NCBI RefSeq assembly: GCF_032191835.1
Contig: NC_083227.1
Location: 113,274,001-113,338,000, forward strand
Direction of reading: 5' to 3'
DNA length: 64,000 bases
Source: Heteronotia binoei
Lineage: Eukaryota
The translations under genes and the position numbers were made by a program. Positions 11,662 through 24,700 of the stretch are shown piece after piece (the first letter of the stretch is position 1; each line of letters opens with the position of its first letter). The notes under the pieces are model-generated. The model did no database searches and was not told where the DNA came from. It saw only the letters and a list, made by a program, of their open reading frames with translations.

Positions 11662-14162
11662 GCTTGTGTTTCTCCATTTACCTAGGGTATTAATAATACC
11701 CTATGTAAATCCCTTCTGCCAGCTGTCACCCCAGCCAGACCAGACCTCCCTGTTGAATCTATAGGTTAAGATATCATGTCGGCCCAGCCAGTGATCAACA
11801 TCCACCTGGGAACTACAGAGATTTTGCTTGGACAGCTGTTGTCAATGAGGATTTGAATCTTTTCCCCTGAACAGCTTGAGTGAAAACAATCTCCATCCTG
11901 AAGACTTGCCCACGTTGGATATGGTCCCTGCAAAAATGGAAAGGGCCTACTATAACAAAATAATCAGATGGAATCTAGGTTCAGAAACTTATTTAGGAAT
12001 TTCTGCCAGCACTACTTCCACCTTTCCTGGGTTTAGTTGATTTATTTATTATCCTTCCTTTCCTTCAAGGAGCTCAAGGCAACTTACTTGGTCTCCTTCT
12101 TCCCCTATTTCAAGTCTTATCTTCATCGCTTGGAATGTGTGCAATTATTTTAAAGTTTTATGCGGTTCCCTTAATTGGTAGGTACAGCTTCCATAGAGAG
12201 GATATAACTTCCATTATTTCCTTCTTGTAGAGTCCCTGTGTGTAGTATAAAAATCAAGGATTGGGGCAACCATACAAATCCACCAATAAAAAATGTATGG
12301 CATCTGATTCCCCCCACCCCCCTAAAAAAACACTTTGGGGCATGTACCATTAGACTATCTGCTCTCTTTGAGCTGAATGTATTTGTTGCTTCAGTTTTTG
12401 CCTCTTAATTGTGACCATCACTTTTTATTTACAGCTTAGATAAAGTATTTCACAACAGTTTCTAGCCCATCAGCAGAGCAGGATCTCTTTTTTGGCTTCT
12501 GTGTCATGGGAAGGATAAGGGTTCTGATCAGACCAGCATTAGTTACATCAGAGCCTGTTCACAGCCACCCCTCTTCTGCTCATGCCTCTCTTTGCATCCA
12601 TCAACCCACATGCTTCCCCCAACCCCCCTCACAAGCCTTCTCACTGCCCACGTTCACATATGCCCACACCAGCCACATCCCTTTTCCTTTGCTGAGCAGT
12701 GTATAAGGCTGGGAGCATGGATGGTGGAATGCTTGCAAGCAAGCAGGTGAGATTAGGGCATGCAAATCTATGGCAGTGGAACACAGCAGAAGCCCTAGGC
12801 CTTGGCAGCTACCCCACCACAGGCTAGGGTGTGCTGTTACCAGCCCTGAGTCGAATGCCATTTAGTTCCCTCTCTTGGCTGTTTGTGGTACATGTAGCTT
12901 CTGTAATGTTAAATGCCCTTTTCCCTACACCAATTCGCACTGCTTTGTACTTTTAAAAGTGTGTATGTGTTACGGCATGTGCTAGAGAGATGCTGTGTGC
13001 CTAGCATCTGAGCTCTGTGTAAAGTCTGAGTTCTGCATAATTTGTGTGTGTGGCAGGGAGGGAAGCTGTGCACCATGCAGGTTGTTACATGCTGCTATGA
13101 TTAACTGCTGACTAGGCTGGCATCCTAAATTGCATAAGCACTTAAAGGGGTGGGGAGGAAGGGGGGTATTGTTTCCACTTCAGGGCCTGAAATTCCACTG
13201 ATCAGTGAGTTGTCCAAAGTTATCAGCAGTGAGCCATGATTGGTAGGAACCAGTTTCTGATAATATTGAAACTTTCTCCTACAACAGGCCAATCAAAACA
13301 CCATCTCTGTGCTGAGCCAAGGTACACATGAGGCATTGGTCCTCCTAAAGGAGGTAAAACAAAGCACCTTTTTTGTGCAGCAGAACTTTTATTGGACCTC
13401 CAACCTGGGAAAAGGCTACAACAAGCAGAAATGTGCAACTGGAGTAATATTGGAAGCACAAAGTACAAAACGGTGCTGATGGCTAACTCAGAGCAAAGGA
13501 GCACACAGACACATCCATTGCCACTGGTTGCCTGGCATGCTTTCTTTACTCAAAGAAAAACGTTAAAGAAAGGCATGGGAGAAATGGGGGGAAGTAATGG
13601 ATTACATCCAGGTCCAAAATTCTGGCATAAGGTTTCTCAATTGTGTGGGAGTACTACCATAAGTTGTAAATTTCCAAAGTTGTTTTTTAAGAAAACAGAT
13701 TGTTCTGTGTTCTCATAGTGTTGTCATGGAAAGTGTGCTTGGTGCTTAATTTCTAAAAGAACTTGCCAGAGTTCAGGCTTGCCATCTGCCTGGCAAGAAA
13801 GGACTAAAATGTTCTCTGTACATGCTCAGAGGTACTTTTATCATTCCACATGTTGTTTAAAGAAGAAGCACAAACAAAGGTGGTGCCACAGTGATTAAAA
13901 AATGTATGGGGGTTGTAAGACCAACAGTATCTGCAACACCTAGGAATGCAACCAGCCTTTCTCATTGCAACAGGGGTCTTTAATGGCTACAAATCACCCA
14001 GTGGGCCAGCTCCATTAGAATCCATCCAGGCAGCAAGAGATAGTGCAGCTGATAACAAGTTAATACAAAAAAGCAGGTTTATCATACACCTGCAGAACTA
14101 TCCAGGCAGAGGCACAAATGGAGCTATCGGGAATAGAATCCCATCGCTTTCCACCATCAAAG

Positions 14163-14371
14163 TAGGGTTGCCAACCTCCAGGTGGTGGCTAGAGAACTCC
14201 TGGAATTACAAATGATCTGCAGGTGATGGAGATCAGTTCTCCTGGAGAAAATGGCTGCTTTGGAAGGTGGACTCTATGGCATTATACTGTCTCCCCTCCC
14301 CAAACCCTGCTTTCATCAGGCCCTACCCCAGAAATCTCCAAATATTTTTCAGCCCAAAGCTGGCAACCCTA
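14163..14371 (+). mobile_element. ~210-bp MITE-like repeat with TAGGGTTGCCA / TGGCAACCCTA termini (best copy of an abundant family)
   Basis: Perfect 11-bp terminal IR and core GAGATCAGTTCTCCTGGAGAAAATGGCTGCTTTGGAAGGTGGACTCTATGGCATT. Related copies at about 3745-3941 and 3945-4094 (tandem), 5435-5665, 18058-18290 (-), 40562-40755, 53333-53652, 55722-55933 (-), 59285-59405 and 62480-62630. Superfamily not assigned. Confidence 0.75.
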
Positions 14372-15027
14372 TAACCAAGGGGATGTTAGTGTATGAGTCC
14401 TCAGTCCACAGCATGGATGCAGCATGGAGCAGCAGGTGGATCTACAGTGACAGCTTCTGACAGCTCAGGTCAGAGCAACCTTGGAAGAAGGCCGGTTGAA
14501 GCTGGACTGTATCTGGGGAAAGCACCTGCTGGAGTCAGCATTTGTGTGGACTGCCGTGATTGGCTGACCATTGTATATATGGACTGCAGTGCCAGACAGT
14601 ATTTCTCTCTGGTGAGAGTGAATTCCTGGCGAAGCACTTTGTCCCTCAGTATAGTATATGTTATTCACCGCACCAAGTTGTTTGTATATAGTTGTAAATA
14701 CACTATTTTACACTAGGTGCTGGTGTAAGGCTCAATTTCTTTCCTCGCGTCGACTTGGTGGCAGTTCCCTGTTTTTGCACTCTGCACATGAACCACTGAC
14801 AGGGGAACCAAATTTAATAAGTAATACAGTTGTCTTAGATAACACTTCTCACTCTTAACAGTACAGATGAATACTGGGTCACATATGTTTCTAAGACCTT
14901 ATATGACATTCTGCTTTCTTTGACCAATTGGTTGCCATAGGCATGCACTGCTCCTCAATTGCTTTGCAATCAGCCCTCTCTCAGCAGGAAACTCTTTGAA
15001 CAGGAGAGCACTGGAAGCCAAAACGTA

Positions 15028-15052
15028 GCCCACACACACACACACACACACA
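15028..15052. repeat. (CA)n microsatellite
   Basis: Uninterrupted CA run; a shorter one at about 42303-42320. Confidence 0.85.
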
Positions 15053-17100
15053 AAAGTGCAAACTGGTGCCTGGAGGCAGTTTTGGACAAGATGGGAGTGC
15101 TACTGGTAAACAAAGTCTGACCCAGGATTTAAGGTGTCACTTGTTTTTGATTGGGTTTCACTCCCTTTAAATGAACAGGTTCATCGTTGGAGGGGAAAAT
15201 TGGGCCCAGATGTATTGTTGGATAATTGGGATATAAATTGTGTAAAAAAATACATAATTCTCAAACAATATATATTTTATATTTTAAATGTATTATTAGA
15301 TTTCTGAATCACCCATCCCTACCATAGCAGGGCTCTGGGCAATGTACAACAGAAATTAAAAAAAAATTAAGCATAAATAAGCAATAAAAATAACAATTAT
15401 TTAGTCTAAAAGCAGATGGTGAAAATCTGTCATTACAACTGCAGACTGCCAGACACTTTGCAGGTGGTGGTGGGGGAGGGGTGAAAGCAAGGTGAACAAG
15501 GAGAGCAGAAGAGGGTGCCAACCTAGAAGGTAACCATCGCTGTCCTCAACCGAAAGCCTGGCGGAACAGGCCCTGTAGAATTGCAAAAGATCCCACAGGG
15601 CCCTGAGGGTATTCAGCAAAGAGCTTCCTAGCTCAGATGTTTTCAAGGTAAGTGGGAATAACTGTTGGCAGCAGCAGTAATCAGACTGAACTTTACAAAG
15701 AAATGTCATAGGCTGAACCTCCTCCATATGTCTTCTGATTCCACTGTTTACAGTGTATGCCTTTTTGTGCAGCAGAACTTTTATTGGTCCTACAACCTGG
15801 AAAACTGAGATCCCATTTGATGCACCCAATCCATGAATGTGCATGCCACGGTAAATGGTTAGTCTTTAAAGTGCCACAACTTCCTTTTCTGGTTTTTCTG
15901 CAACATATTCACACAATGACTCTTCAGGAAAGCGTAAATGCACTTTTTGGTTTTGCTTCTTGGGCCTATGTGTTTGTAAATGCCAGTTTGGCCTACTCAA
16001 GCCCACCTAGGATCCCATCCTGACACACACAAGAGATTTTTCTCTATTTATACCACTGCCTGGCAACCAAGAGGGAACTAAAATAGACTTCACAGGGAGA
16101 GTTGCACTCCCTATAGCTTTGTCACAGCACAGGATTTAGTCTGGTCACGAAGCTTTCATCGCTCTCTAGCTAAAGATAGTGTATTCAGTTCAATAGGCAT
16201 TATTAACAGCACCTATTTCATGTACCTTAAGGACAGTAACACATGATTCCATACTGATACTTTTGGGGGGGGGGGCTGTCAAGTCACAGCAGACTTATGT
16301 GCAACCTATAGGGTTTTCAAGGCAATAAATATAGGTGGTTTGTTGTTGCCTGCCTCTGCAGAGCAACCCTTGACTTCCTTGGTGGTCTCCCATCCGAATA
16401 GTAAACAGGGCTAGCCTTGCTTAGGTTTCAAGATCCGATGAAATCAGGCTATCATGGGCTATCATCACACAGATATTTTGGATGTAAGCACAGTAATAGT
16501 TGCAAGAGTCATAAATAATTGCCAAACTACAGCTAGCAGGGCCACATTCTCTATAGCATTTCATCTGCAAACATTTTAGACTCTCCATATCCCAGGGCAA
16601 GGGTTATTATAACATGCCTACATCTCCATAATCTATATGCATGTGGCCCTGGTTCTTCAGAGCTATTCTATCCAGCCTTTTTTCTTCTGCAGTGAAAAAG
16701 CAATTATTTGGATGACATCCTGAACTTCTGGTGAACAGATGGCTGTATCCCGCTCCTTTAGAAACCCTGAAGCCAAATATTTAATGTTGGGGAACAGAAT
16801 ATATGTTTTCATGTTTTCCAGGTAGTGTGAGGGCAGCATTAAAATATCAATTTCTTTTTGAAAGAAAAGGGACTTGCAGAGTTTTATAACGTTCTGTTTA
16901 TTTGCAGGTATGCAATTAGACGTGCAGAAGTAGCCATGCGGCATTAAAGTCGGAACATCAATACAAAACAGAAGGCTGTAGCCTGGTTGATACTTATCTG
17001 CCAGCCAATCCCAGAAACTTAAAATTTTTCTCTTTCTCTGTCAGAGGAAAGAGATTTACTTATTAAAACATTTATACCCCACCTTTCTTCTTGATTCAAA

Positions 17101-17795
17101 TGATGGGTCTGGACTGGAGACCAATTCCTACAAGGAAAGGCTGAAGGAGCTGGATATGTTTAGCCTGGAGAGGAGAGGACTGAGAGGTGATATTTATCCT
17201 GTGGAATAATCACACAGATTTTTGCATAGTTCTCCTCGGCTATTAAATGCCCTTTATACCCTGGAGGGACTTGAAGGGCTGTCATACAGAGGATGGTGCA
17301 GAATTATTTTCTGTTGCCCCAGGTCAGACTAGAACCAATGGGTTGAAATTAAATCAGAAGAGTTTCCAACTAAACATTAGGAAGAACTTCCTGACAGAAC
17401 AGTTCCTCAGTGGAACAGGCTTCCTCAGGAGGTGGTGGGTTCTCCTTTGGAGGTTTTTAAACAGAGGCTAGATGGCCATCTGACAGCAATGCTGATTCTG
17501 TGAACTTGGGCAGATCATGAGTAGGAGGGCAGGAAGGGTTGCATCAGTGCTTAGTTCTCATGGCTCTTTCTTACATACCCAGGGAAATGCTATTTGCCAC
17601 TCCAGGGGTCAGGCAGCATTTTTTCTGCGGGCCAGTTTGGCCAGGGATCCTGGAAGGTTCTCCCCCCTCCCATCTTCTGCGTGTGGAGCAGGGGCTACTT
17701 GGTGTGTGTGGGGGGAAAGTACTTGTGAGTTTCCTGCATTGTTCAGGAGGCTGATGACCCTGCAGGTCATCTAGTCCAGCTCTGTGATTCTATGG
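17101..17795 (+). mobile_element. CR1 LINE 3' fragment
   Basis: AGGCTGAAGGAGCTGG...TTTAGCCTGGAGAGGAGA...AACATTAGGAAGAACTTCCTGACAG... and a GATTCTATG-type end, typical of a CR1 ORF2 tail and 3' UTR. Boundaries approximate. Confidence 0.75.
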
Positions 17796-18712
17796 AAACA
17801 TTACAAGTTAAAATCAAATAAAATTTAAAATCCCAGATCTCTCTCTCCCCCTTTAAAAGATGTCTGCTGCTCATCTATCAAAAAACCCTGGCAAACCAAC
17901 AAGCCTTACAGCACTTTCTAAAGACTTCCAGTTAACAGGCTCCCTGTACTTCTTCAGGGAGCCCATTCCAAGGATTAGGAGCTACAATGGAAAAGTCCTT
18001 TTGAGTGGCCCTTCCTTCAATTAGGTTCTGCCCTTTCAGCTCCCCCCCCCCCCCAATACCTCAGTCATAGAATTGCCAGCTCTGGGCTGAGACTTTCCTG
18101 AAGATATAGGGGGCGGAGCCTGGGGAGAGTGGAGTTTGGGGAGGCGAGGCAGTCATCAGGTATGTGATGCCATAGAGTCTACCTGCCACAGCTACCATTT
18201 TCTCCAGGAGAATTGATCTCTGTTGCCTGGAGATAAGTTGTAATTCTGGGATAACTCCAGACCTCACCTGGAGGTTGGCAATTCTGCCTGCCAGTATGTT
18301 TAGGGAGGCATCTGGCAGCATGCTCTAGGGAACTCACAGGCTGAATAAGCAAGCAACAGCAACATTTACTATTCAGTATATATAATTCACTCTCACTGAA
18401 AAATTTGGGTTTTCACAAAATGTCGCTTTCATTTTTTACATAGATTGCCATGGGGAAAAAAGGAGGAAGGACAGGCAGCTGGGCAGGTGCTGGAAGCGAA
18501 GGAAGGGACAGGAAGCATCATAGCAAAGAAGTTACACATTTGACCACTGAATGTCCCTTCCAGACATTTTTGTTTGTTTCTGAACATTTTGCACGGCCCA
18601 CTCATGTATTTTCAAGCTTTCAGGTGTAATAACAAAGCTGAGTTTCTTAACTTCCAGGTTCCTGTTAACATGCAGCATAAGAATAAAGTCAGCACCTAAC
18701 CAGAGTCATCAG

Positions 18713-21700
18713 TTAGTCCCCCTGATGGTAGGCCTTCCACATGCACACTGTGCCATCCAATGAGACAGACACATACTGCAAGGAAACAGAGAAGTGATAA
18801 AGTGAGGGGCCAAGAGTGATGGTATATGGCTTTCTTCAAGGATTGGATGCATTCATGCAGCACACTGGGAGTGCTTCCGTCAGCCATGGAAAATTCTTGG
18901 GCACATTTTTGGTTTGTCAGGGAATGCCTTAAAAACATGTACCAGCTGCAGCAGCTTAGAAAACAGGCTAGGGAGGGAACAGACATTTCTTCCCTCTGAA
19001 CTTAAAACCAATCCAGAAAAGAGAAAACTCAGTTCAGTCTGACCGACGTCTGTACTCTCACCTTGGTTGTGGAAGGAGTGGTAGCATGACAAAATGCACT
19101 TGTTTATACAGGAATAATTTGGTGTGGGACAAGCCTGTGCCAGTGCCACCATGCTCAGTAAAGCGGACATGACCCCACTGTATAATGACATTATATCAAC
19201 ATGCACTCAGCCCTCTGATGGGGGAAGATGACTGGTAGACACAGGGTGAGCATACACTACATGTAGACCACGTGGCTTGAATATGCGTCAGGGCTACTGC
19301 CTTTCAATAATACTCAATGCTAAAAGTGGTAAAACACTCAACCTCAGATCCACTGATCTTTTCCCCCACAGGGTGGTGCCACTGTCCATAGTACCTGTTC
19401 CATTTCCGGGACATGGATGACACCCTTGATGGAGTCTTGATGCCCTGTGTGACTTTGTACCTGCACCCCAGAGTTTGGGTCATAAACTCTACAAAGAAAA
19501 GAAAACAGAGCCATAAACCCATCCATGGGTCTCCTGTCCTCTCATCCTCCCTCCCCCAGCTGCATTGTCCCAGAGCTACCTGATGGTATCATGGACCCCA
19601 GCAACAATGCAGCCATTGGCCTGGTCGATGCAAAGGCAAGTGATTCCTCTGGGCGCTTTCAGGTCCTTCAAGCAGCATCCACCATCTTCACTCTGCATGT
19701 ACCACAGACAGAGCTTCGATCATCCATGCCACTCCCAAGGAATACTTTCTAGTCAATTCCTAACTGTTCTATGACAGGCCTATTTACTACATCTCAGATT
19801 TGGCAAAATATGGTCAGTTTACCATAGTTTACCAGTAGTTGAAGGTAAATTATTTTCTTACTTCCTGCCAGCCTAACAGTATCTATCTATTATACTTTTA
19901 TTCTGCCCTTCCTCCAAGGAGGTCAGGGTGGCATGCACATAAGTCCCTTTCTCCATTTTATTCTCAAAGTAATCGTGTGGGGTAGGGTTAAGCTAACAGA
20001 GACTGGCCCAAGGTCATCCAACGAAAATGGTCATGGTTGAGCAGTAGACTTTAAGCCTTGGTGTCTACAGTCCTGGCCTAGCTCTCTAACCTTGATCCCA
20101 CACACATACTCACAACTTGATGAAGCCCTTACCCAGAGATGAATGGAGCCATCTTCAGAACCACTGACCCACTTATCCTCCAATGGATGCCAAACCAAGG
20201 CTACAGCACTAGCTTGGTGCCCAAGTTCAGCCAGAAGAACCAGATTGATACAGTGAGGATTGAAGGCACAGATAAAAATCCTGCCAGTGCTAAAAGATAA
20301 AGCAAATTCTCTCCTGGTAGAACCAGGAGAGTGTGGATTGTAAATGTCAGAATGGTAACACGAGTGAAAAGTTCTGAGCCCAAACTCAGCAGCAATGGTT
20401 CTTGTACTTAATATTGATTCTGAGCCAAGAGGCAGATTCTGTTACATTCCTCCCAACAGGGACCCTCAAAGGAGGAAACTGCAGCCCATGAGCATGCTCT
20501 GGCTGTGCCACTTGTTAGAGGCAGACAGACTCACCCACCTCTTTGGGGAGTAGGCCATATCAAGGATGGGCCCATTGTTCCCAGGTATACTGGAAAACTC
20601 GTTTTGCAAGGAGTGGTTCTGTAGATCCCAGAGACACAGCCTTCCATCCCATCCCCCACTGAGCTACAATGAAAAGCAACAAGGTGATGCTGTTATTCAG
20701 CATTTTCCTCCCTCCCCAAAGTTGTATATTTTGCCCACCCACATATTCTGCCCACAGCATGGACCACGAGAGCTGTTCCTGTGCCTGTGGCCTTCTAGTT
20801 GCCCTCTCCCACCTGTTCCTTCTGCCCAGAGACAGGAGTGAGTCTGTCTCCTGCCACCTCTAAAAAGGTTGTTTTCTTGTTCACTTACTAAGTAGGGGAA
20901 ACAGATGGTGGTGTCAGTGCCTGCCAAGGTGAGTGCTGTCACCATGCCTGTGTGCCCACACAGCACAGTTCTGCAGGCAAAACCTATTTAGAGAAATATT
21001 GGCAAGAGAGATAGTCACAGGATATGGAGGGTGGGGAAGGAAGAAGAGAAACTCTTTAAGCACCCAGAAAAGTCTTCTGGATATGGCTGAGGTGACTTTA
21101 TCCCACTAAAGTATGCCTAGTCAAACCACTCAAACCAAATTTGTTCACCTGCTACACACTTGCTTGAAGGGTCCTGAACCATCTCATCTTGGGCACAGGG
21201 TGGTGCTGGGGTTCTGGAGTCTTGGTCCTATAGAAAAGGCATTATTGCAGTATGCAAGACAATATCAGACACTTAAGGGAGTCTTTTAAATCGTTCTCTG
21301 CGATAAACAAGACATCTTTAGCCGCTAGGTTCTCAAGCAAAATCTATCTCAATTATAAAAGCATGCTTAACTCTTTGGCCCTCATTCCAAGAATCCTGGG
21401 AATTATCAGCACCTTCATAAAACAGCAGTATCCAGGAGAAGTACCTTTGAGAACAGCCACAACAATTTAATAGTTGAAGACACCTGGTACATACCCCTCA
21501 AAAAGGGATGAGTGCATCGCAGATAGCAGTAGGAGGAGCCCAGAAATTTTCATCCTAATCCACCAATTGGAGCGAATGAAAACTTCTGTATTTTTCAACT
21601 TTCTTTAAGAGAGGTATCAGCATCTGATTAACATCTGGCCTTCATATTCTCAGAGAAAGTGTCATTTTTTCCCTGTTCCTCTATGCCAGTAGCCTATTTC

Positions 21701-24700
21701 TGCTCAACACCATTTAATTCAGTTCAGTCTGTGACACAACCTGTATTCCATTAATGCTCTAGAGGCGGCATAATGGGGATTGCCATCATGCTCTGAACAT
21801 ATTTTCCCCCCTCTCCTTTTTATTTTGTACTGAACATCCAGCCTGCTGAAGATTTGTGAGGAACTCAAAAGCTTATGCACTGTTTTGTGACATGTTAGTT
21901 GTCACAGATAACAAAAGTACTACAAGACTTTTGATGCTGCCTTTCTCCCCTTGTCATTCAAGACTGCCCAAGATTACTGAAGGTGGAACAGAGAATGGAG
22001 TTTCCCAGGCATGAACCTGTACCAGGAATGGACTAGCCTACCATGTGTCTCTGATCCCATGCCATAGTTCACCATCAGCTAAAAAGGGTAAAGGTAGTCC
22101 CCTGTGCAAGCACCAGTCATTTTCAACTGTGGGGTGACGTCGCTTTCACAACGTTTTCATGGCAGACTTTTTACGGGGTGGTTTGCCATTGCCTTCCTCA
22201 ATCATCTACACTTTCCCCCCAGAAAGCTGGGTACTCATTTTACCTACCTCGGAAGGATGGAAGGCTGAGTCAACCTGGAGTTGGCTACCTGAACCAGCTT
22301 CCGCTGGGATCGGGGCTGGTACTAGGCTTTCTGGTGCCCTAGTCGAATCACTCACTAACGCCCCTCCCATTATTAAAAAATAGGGAAATTGAAGAGTGTC
22401 AAACTTGAAACTTTTCACATTTTTAATTTACTGATGTTTAATTTAAATTTTTTTTTTAAAAAAATGTGATGTTATAAAAAAAATGTGAGAATAAGTGCTT
22501 GCCAGCCATGTCAGGAAGGATGAGGTGGGAGGCCAAGTCACACATCAGGGAGAGGGGGGTGGCTTGGCTTTGTTGTGGGCAGCTTGGTGATGGGAGAGGA
22601 CAAGGTGACAGCGGTCAGGAGCCAGAGTCATACGTCAGGGAGGGGGCACCCAGTGGTGCCCCCTAGGCCAGGTGGCAACCTAGGTGACTGCCTACTTTGC
22701 CTACTCCCATGCACCGGCCCTGGCTGGGATCGAACTCAGGTCGTGAGCAGAGGGCTCCGACTCCAGTACTGCAGCTTTACCACTCTGAGCCACGGGGCTC
22801 TTTTTTTACAGTCAAAGTACCCTCTTAAATCCTTCAATTAAATGCATGTGAGTGGCTGACATAAATTTCCTGTCAGCAAATGTCACTCTCACCTTGCAGA
22901 AGACTTACAAGGGGACAACTTTTGCCTTCCTCCTTCCAGTCACTGGAGATGTTTGGGGTACAGTTTTACTCTCACCTGACCAGGGGATTTGGTGTCTGGG
23001 ATGAAGCTCTCAAACTCCCAGAGATAAATGTTTCCATTCGTTGCAGACACCACCAGAATATCCAGCTCCTCGGCGAAGACAGCCCTGCCAAAGGTCCATG
23101 GTTTTATTATTGAGGCAACATCCAACTTAAAGGTTCACCCCTAATTTCATAGGGGGAAAAAACAGACAAAAAAGCCAGTGGGGAAAATAGAGGATATTTT
23201 ATTGAATAAGTTAAAAGTTCCCTATGCTTTCTCACTGAAAGACTAGCAGATTCCACTGAGGAAGCTTTGTGTGAAACGTGTAGGGAATATTTTTCTTTTA
23301 CAATAAAATATCCTTCATCTGCACCACCAGCTCTTTTGTCTATTTTTTCTCTGTAATGGGTACAGCCCTTTTGTTGTCTCTTCACTCCTAATTTCATGAC
23401 AACACACCATTTCCTTCTACTGTCTCCAATATATTTTGGCAAATTCTGAGGATTCAGTTTTTAGATACAGTAATATTTTATCTCTTTTGAAAAGGTTCAT
23501 CTTCTGAATGCCAAGTCCAGTCCTATCTATCAACTGAGTACATTTCTACTCTTCCCTTCCTCCATGGAGCTCATGGTAGCATGCATGATTCTCCTCTTCT
23601 CCATTTCATCCTCAGAACCCTGTGAGGTAAACAGTGTATGTGTGTATATAAAATTTTTTGCCACTGTGTGACACAGAGTGTTGGACTTGATGGGCCGTTG
23701 GCCTGATCCAACATGGCTTCTCTTATGTTCTTATGTTCTTAGATTGAGTGGCTGGCTCTAGGATGCCCAGTGACCTTTGGGCTAAGGGGGATTTGAACCC
23801 AGGTTTCCCAGTTCCTTAGTCCAACACTCTAACCACTACATCATACTGACTCTTCTACATGCATGGTCTACTGTATTGTCTTTAGTTACTGTCCCTTTGA
23901 GAATCCATATAGCTAAATGCAAACAGAAAGGGCTCAGTTGGAGAAGCAAATGAAGATGGCCTGCCTAACCTCTTGAGGAAGAGGGCCTCTGCTCCCGCAG
24001 CTCATATTCCTGGGAAGTGCCCATCTGCAGTTACCTCACAAAGCCTATGTTTTCTTTATGTGTGTCCTTGGCTGTGGTCCGGAATGGGCTGTAGCCACTC
24101 TGATGTCTACTAGAAGCCTTTCCCCATTTTAGAGGGGAACGTGGACGCAGCTGGGGCTCCCCCTTGCAGCTCTTCTCCACCTGCTGTGCAAAGGGGCCTC
24201 GTCGCTCCAGGTTTGCTCCACTGATGTGGAAGGACTCCATGCTGCATGAAAGGCAAGAGGAAGGTGGGCTAGGCTTGTGACCCATTATGGAATGGACGGA
24301 GTAGGGTGTTGATTGGCTATAGGTGAGAAAACGGTGAGCTTGCAAAGGCATGATGTAGGATAGTTGCATAACTGGAACAGGCAGTGGAGGAGGAAGTGGC
24401 ATGGGACAGGTGGAAGTCTGGCTGAACAGGGAAGTATAGAGGCAGATGCTGGGGACAGGGAGTACCCTTTAGAAATCCCTCTGAGAGCTGGAAACAGGGA
24501 CTCCTATCATGGCAATCCTAACCTTCTGTCTCTTGTAGGGCCAAAGATCCTAAAGGAAAAGCAAAACCATGATAGATAAAAAGCCAGCATGTTTATTAGT
24601 TACCCTCTCCCAGGAGTCTCCAGGATAGCAGAGGACCTTTATCTGGGCATCAAATCATGTAGTCCTGCTACAGCATTTAATTTCCCAGGCTGTTTCTTCA

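Noticed and set aside
23125-23126. Upstream acceptor for WD40 exon 10 implied by ORF 22940..23125
   Set aside because: Wrong phase and no pyrimidine tract; the acceptor at 23085/23084 restores the frame (GFVR|AVFAEEL).
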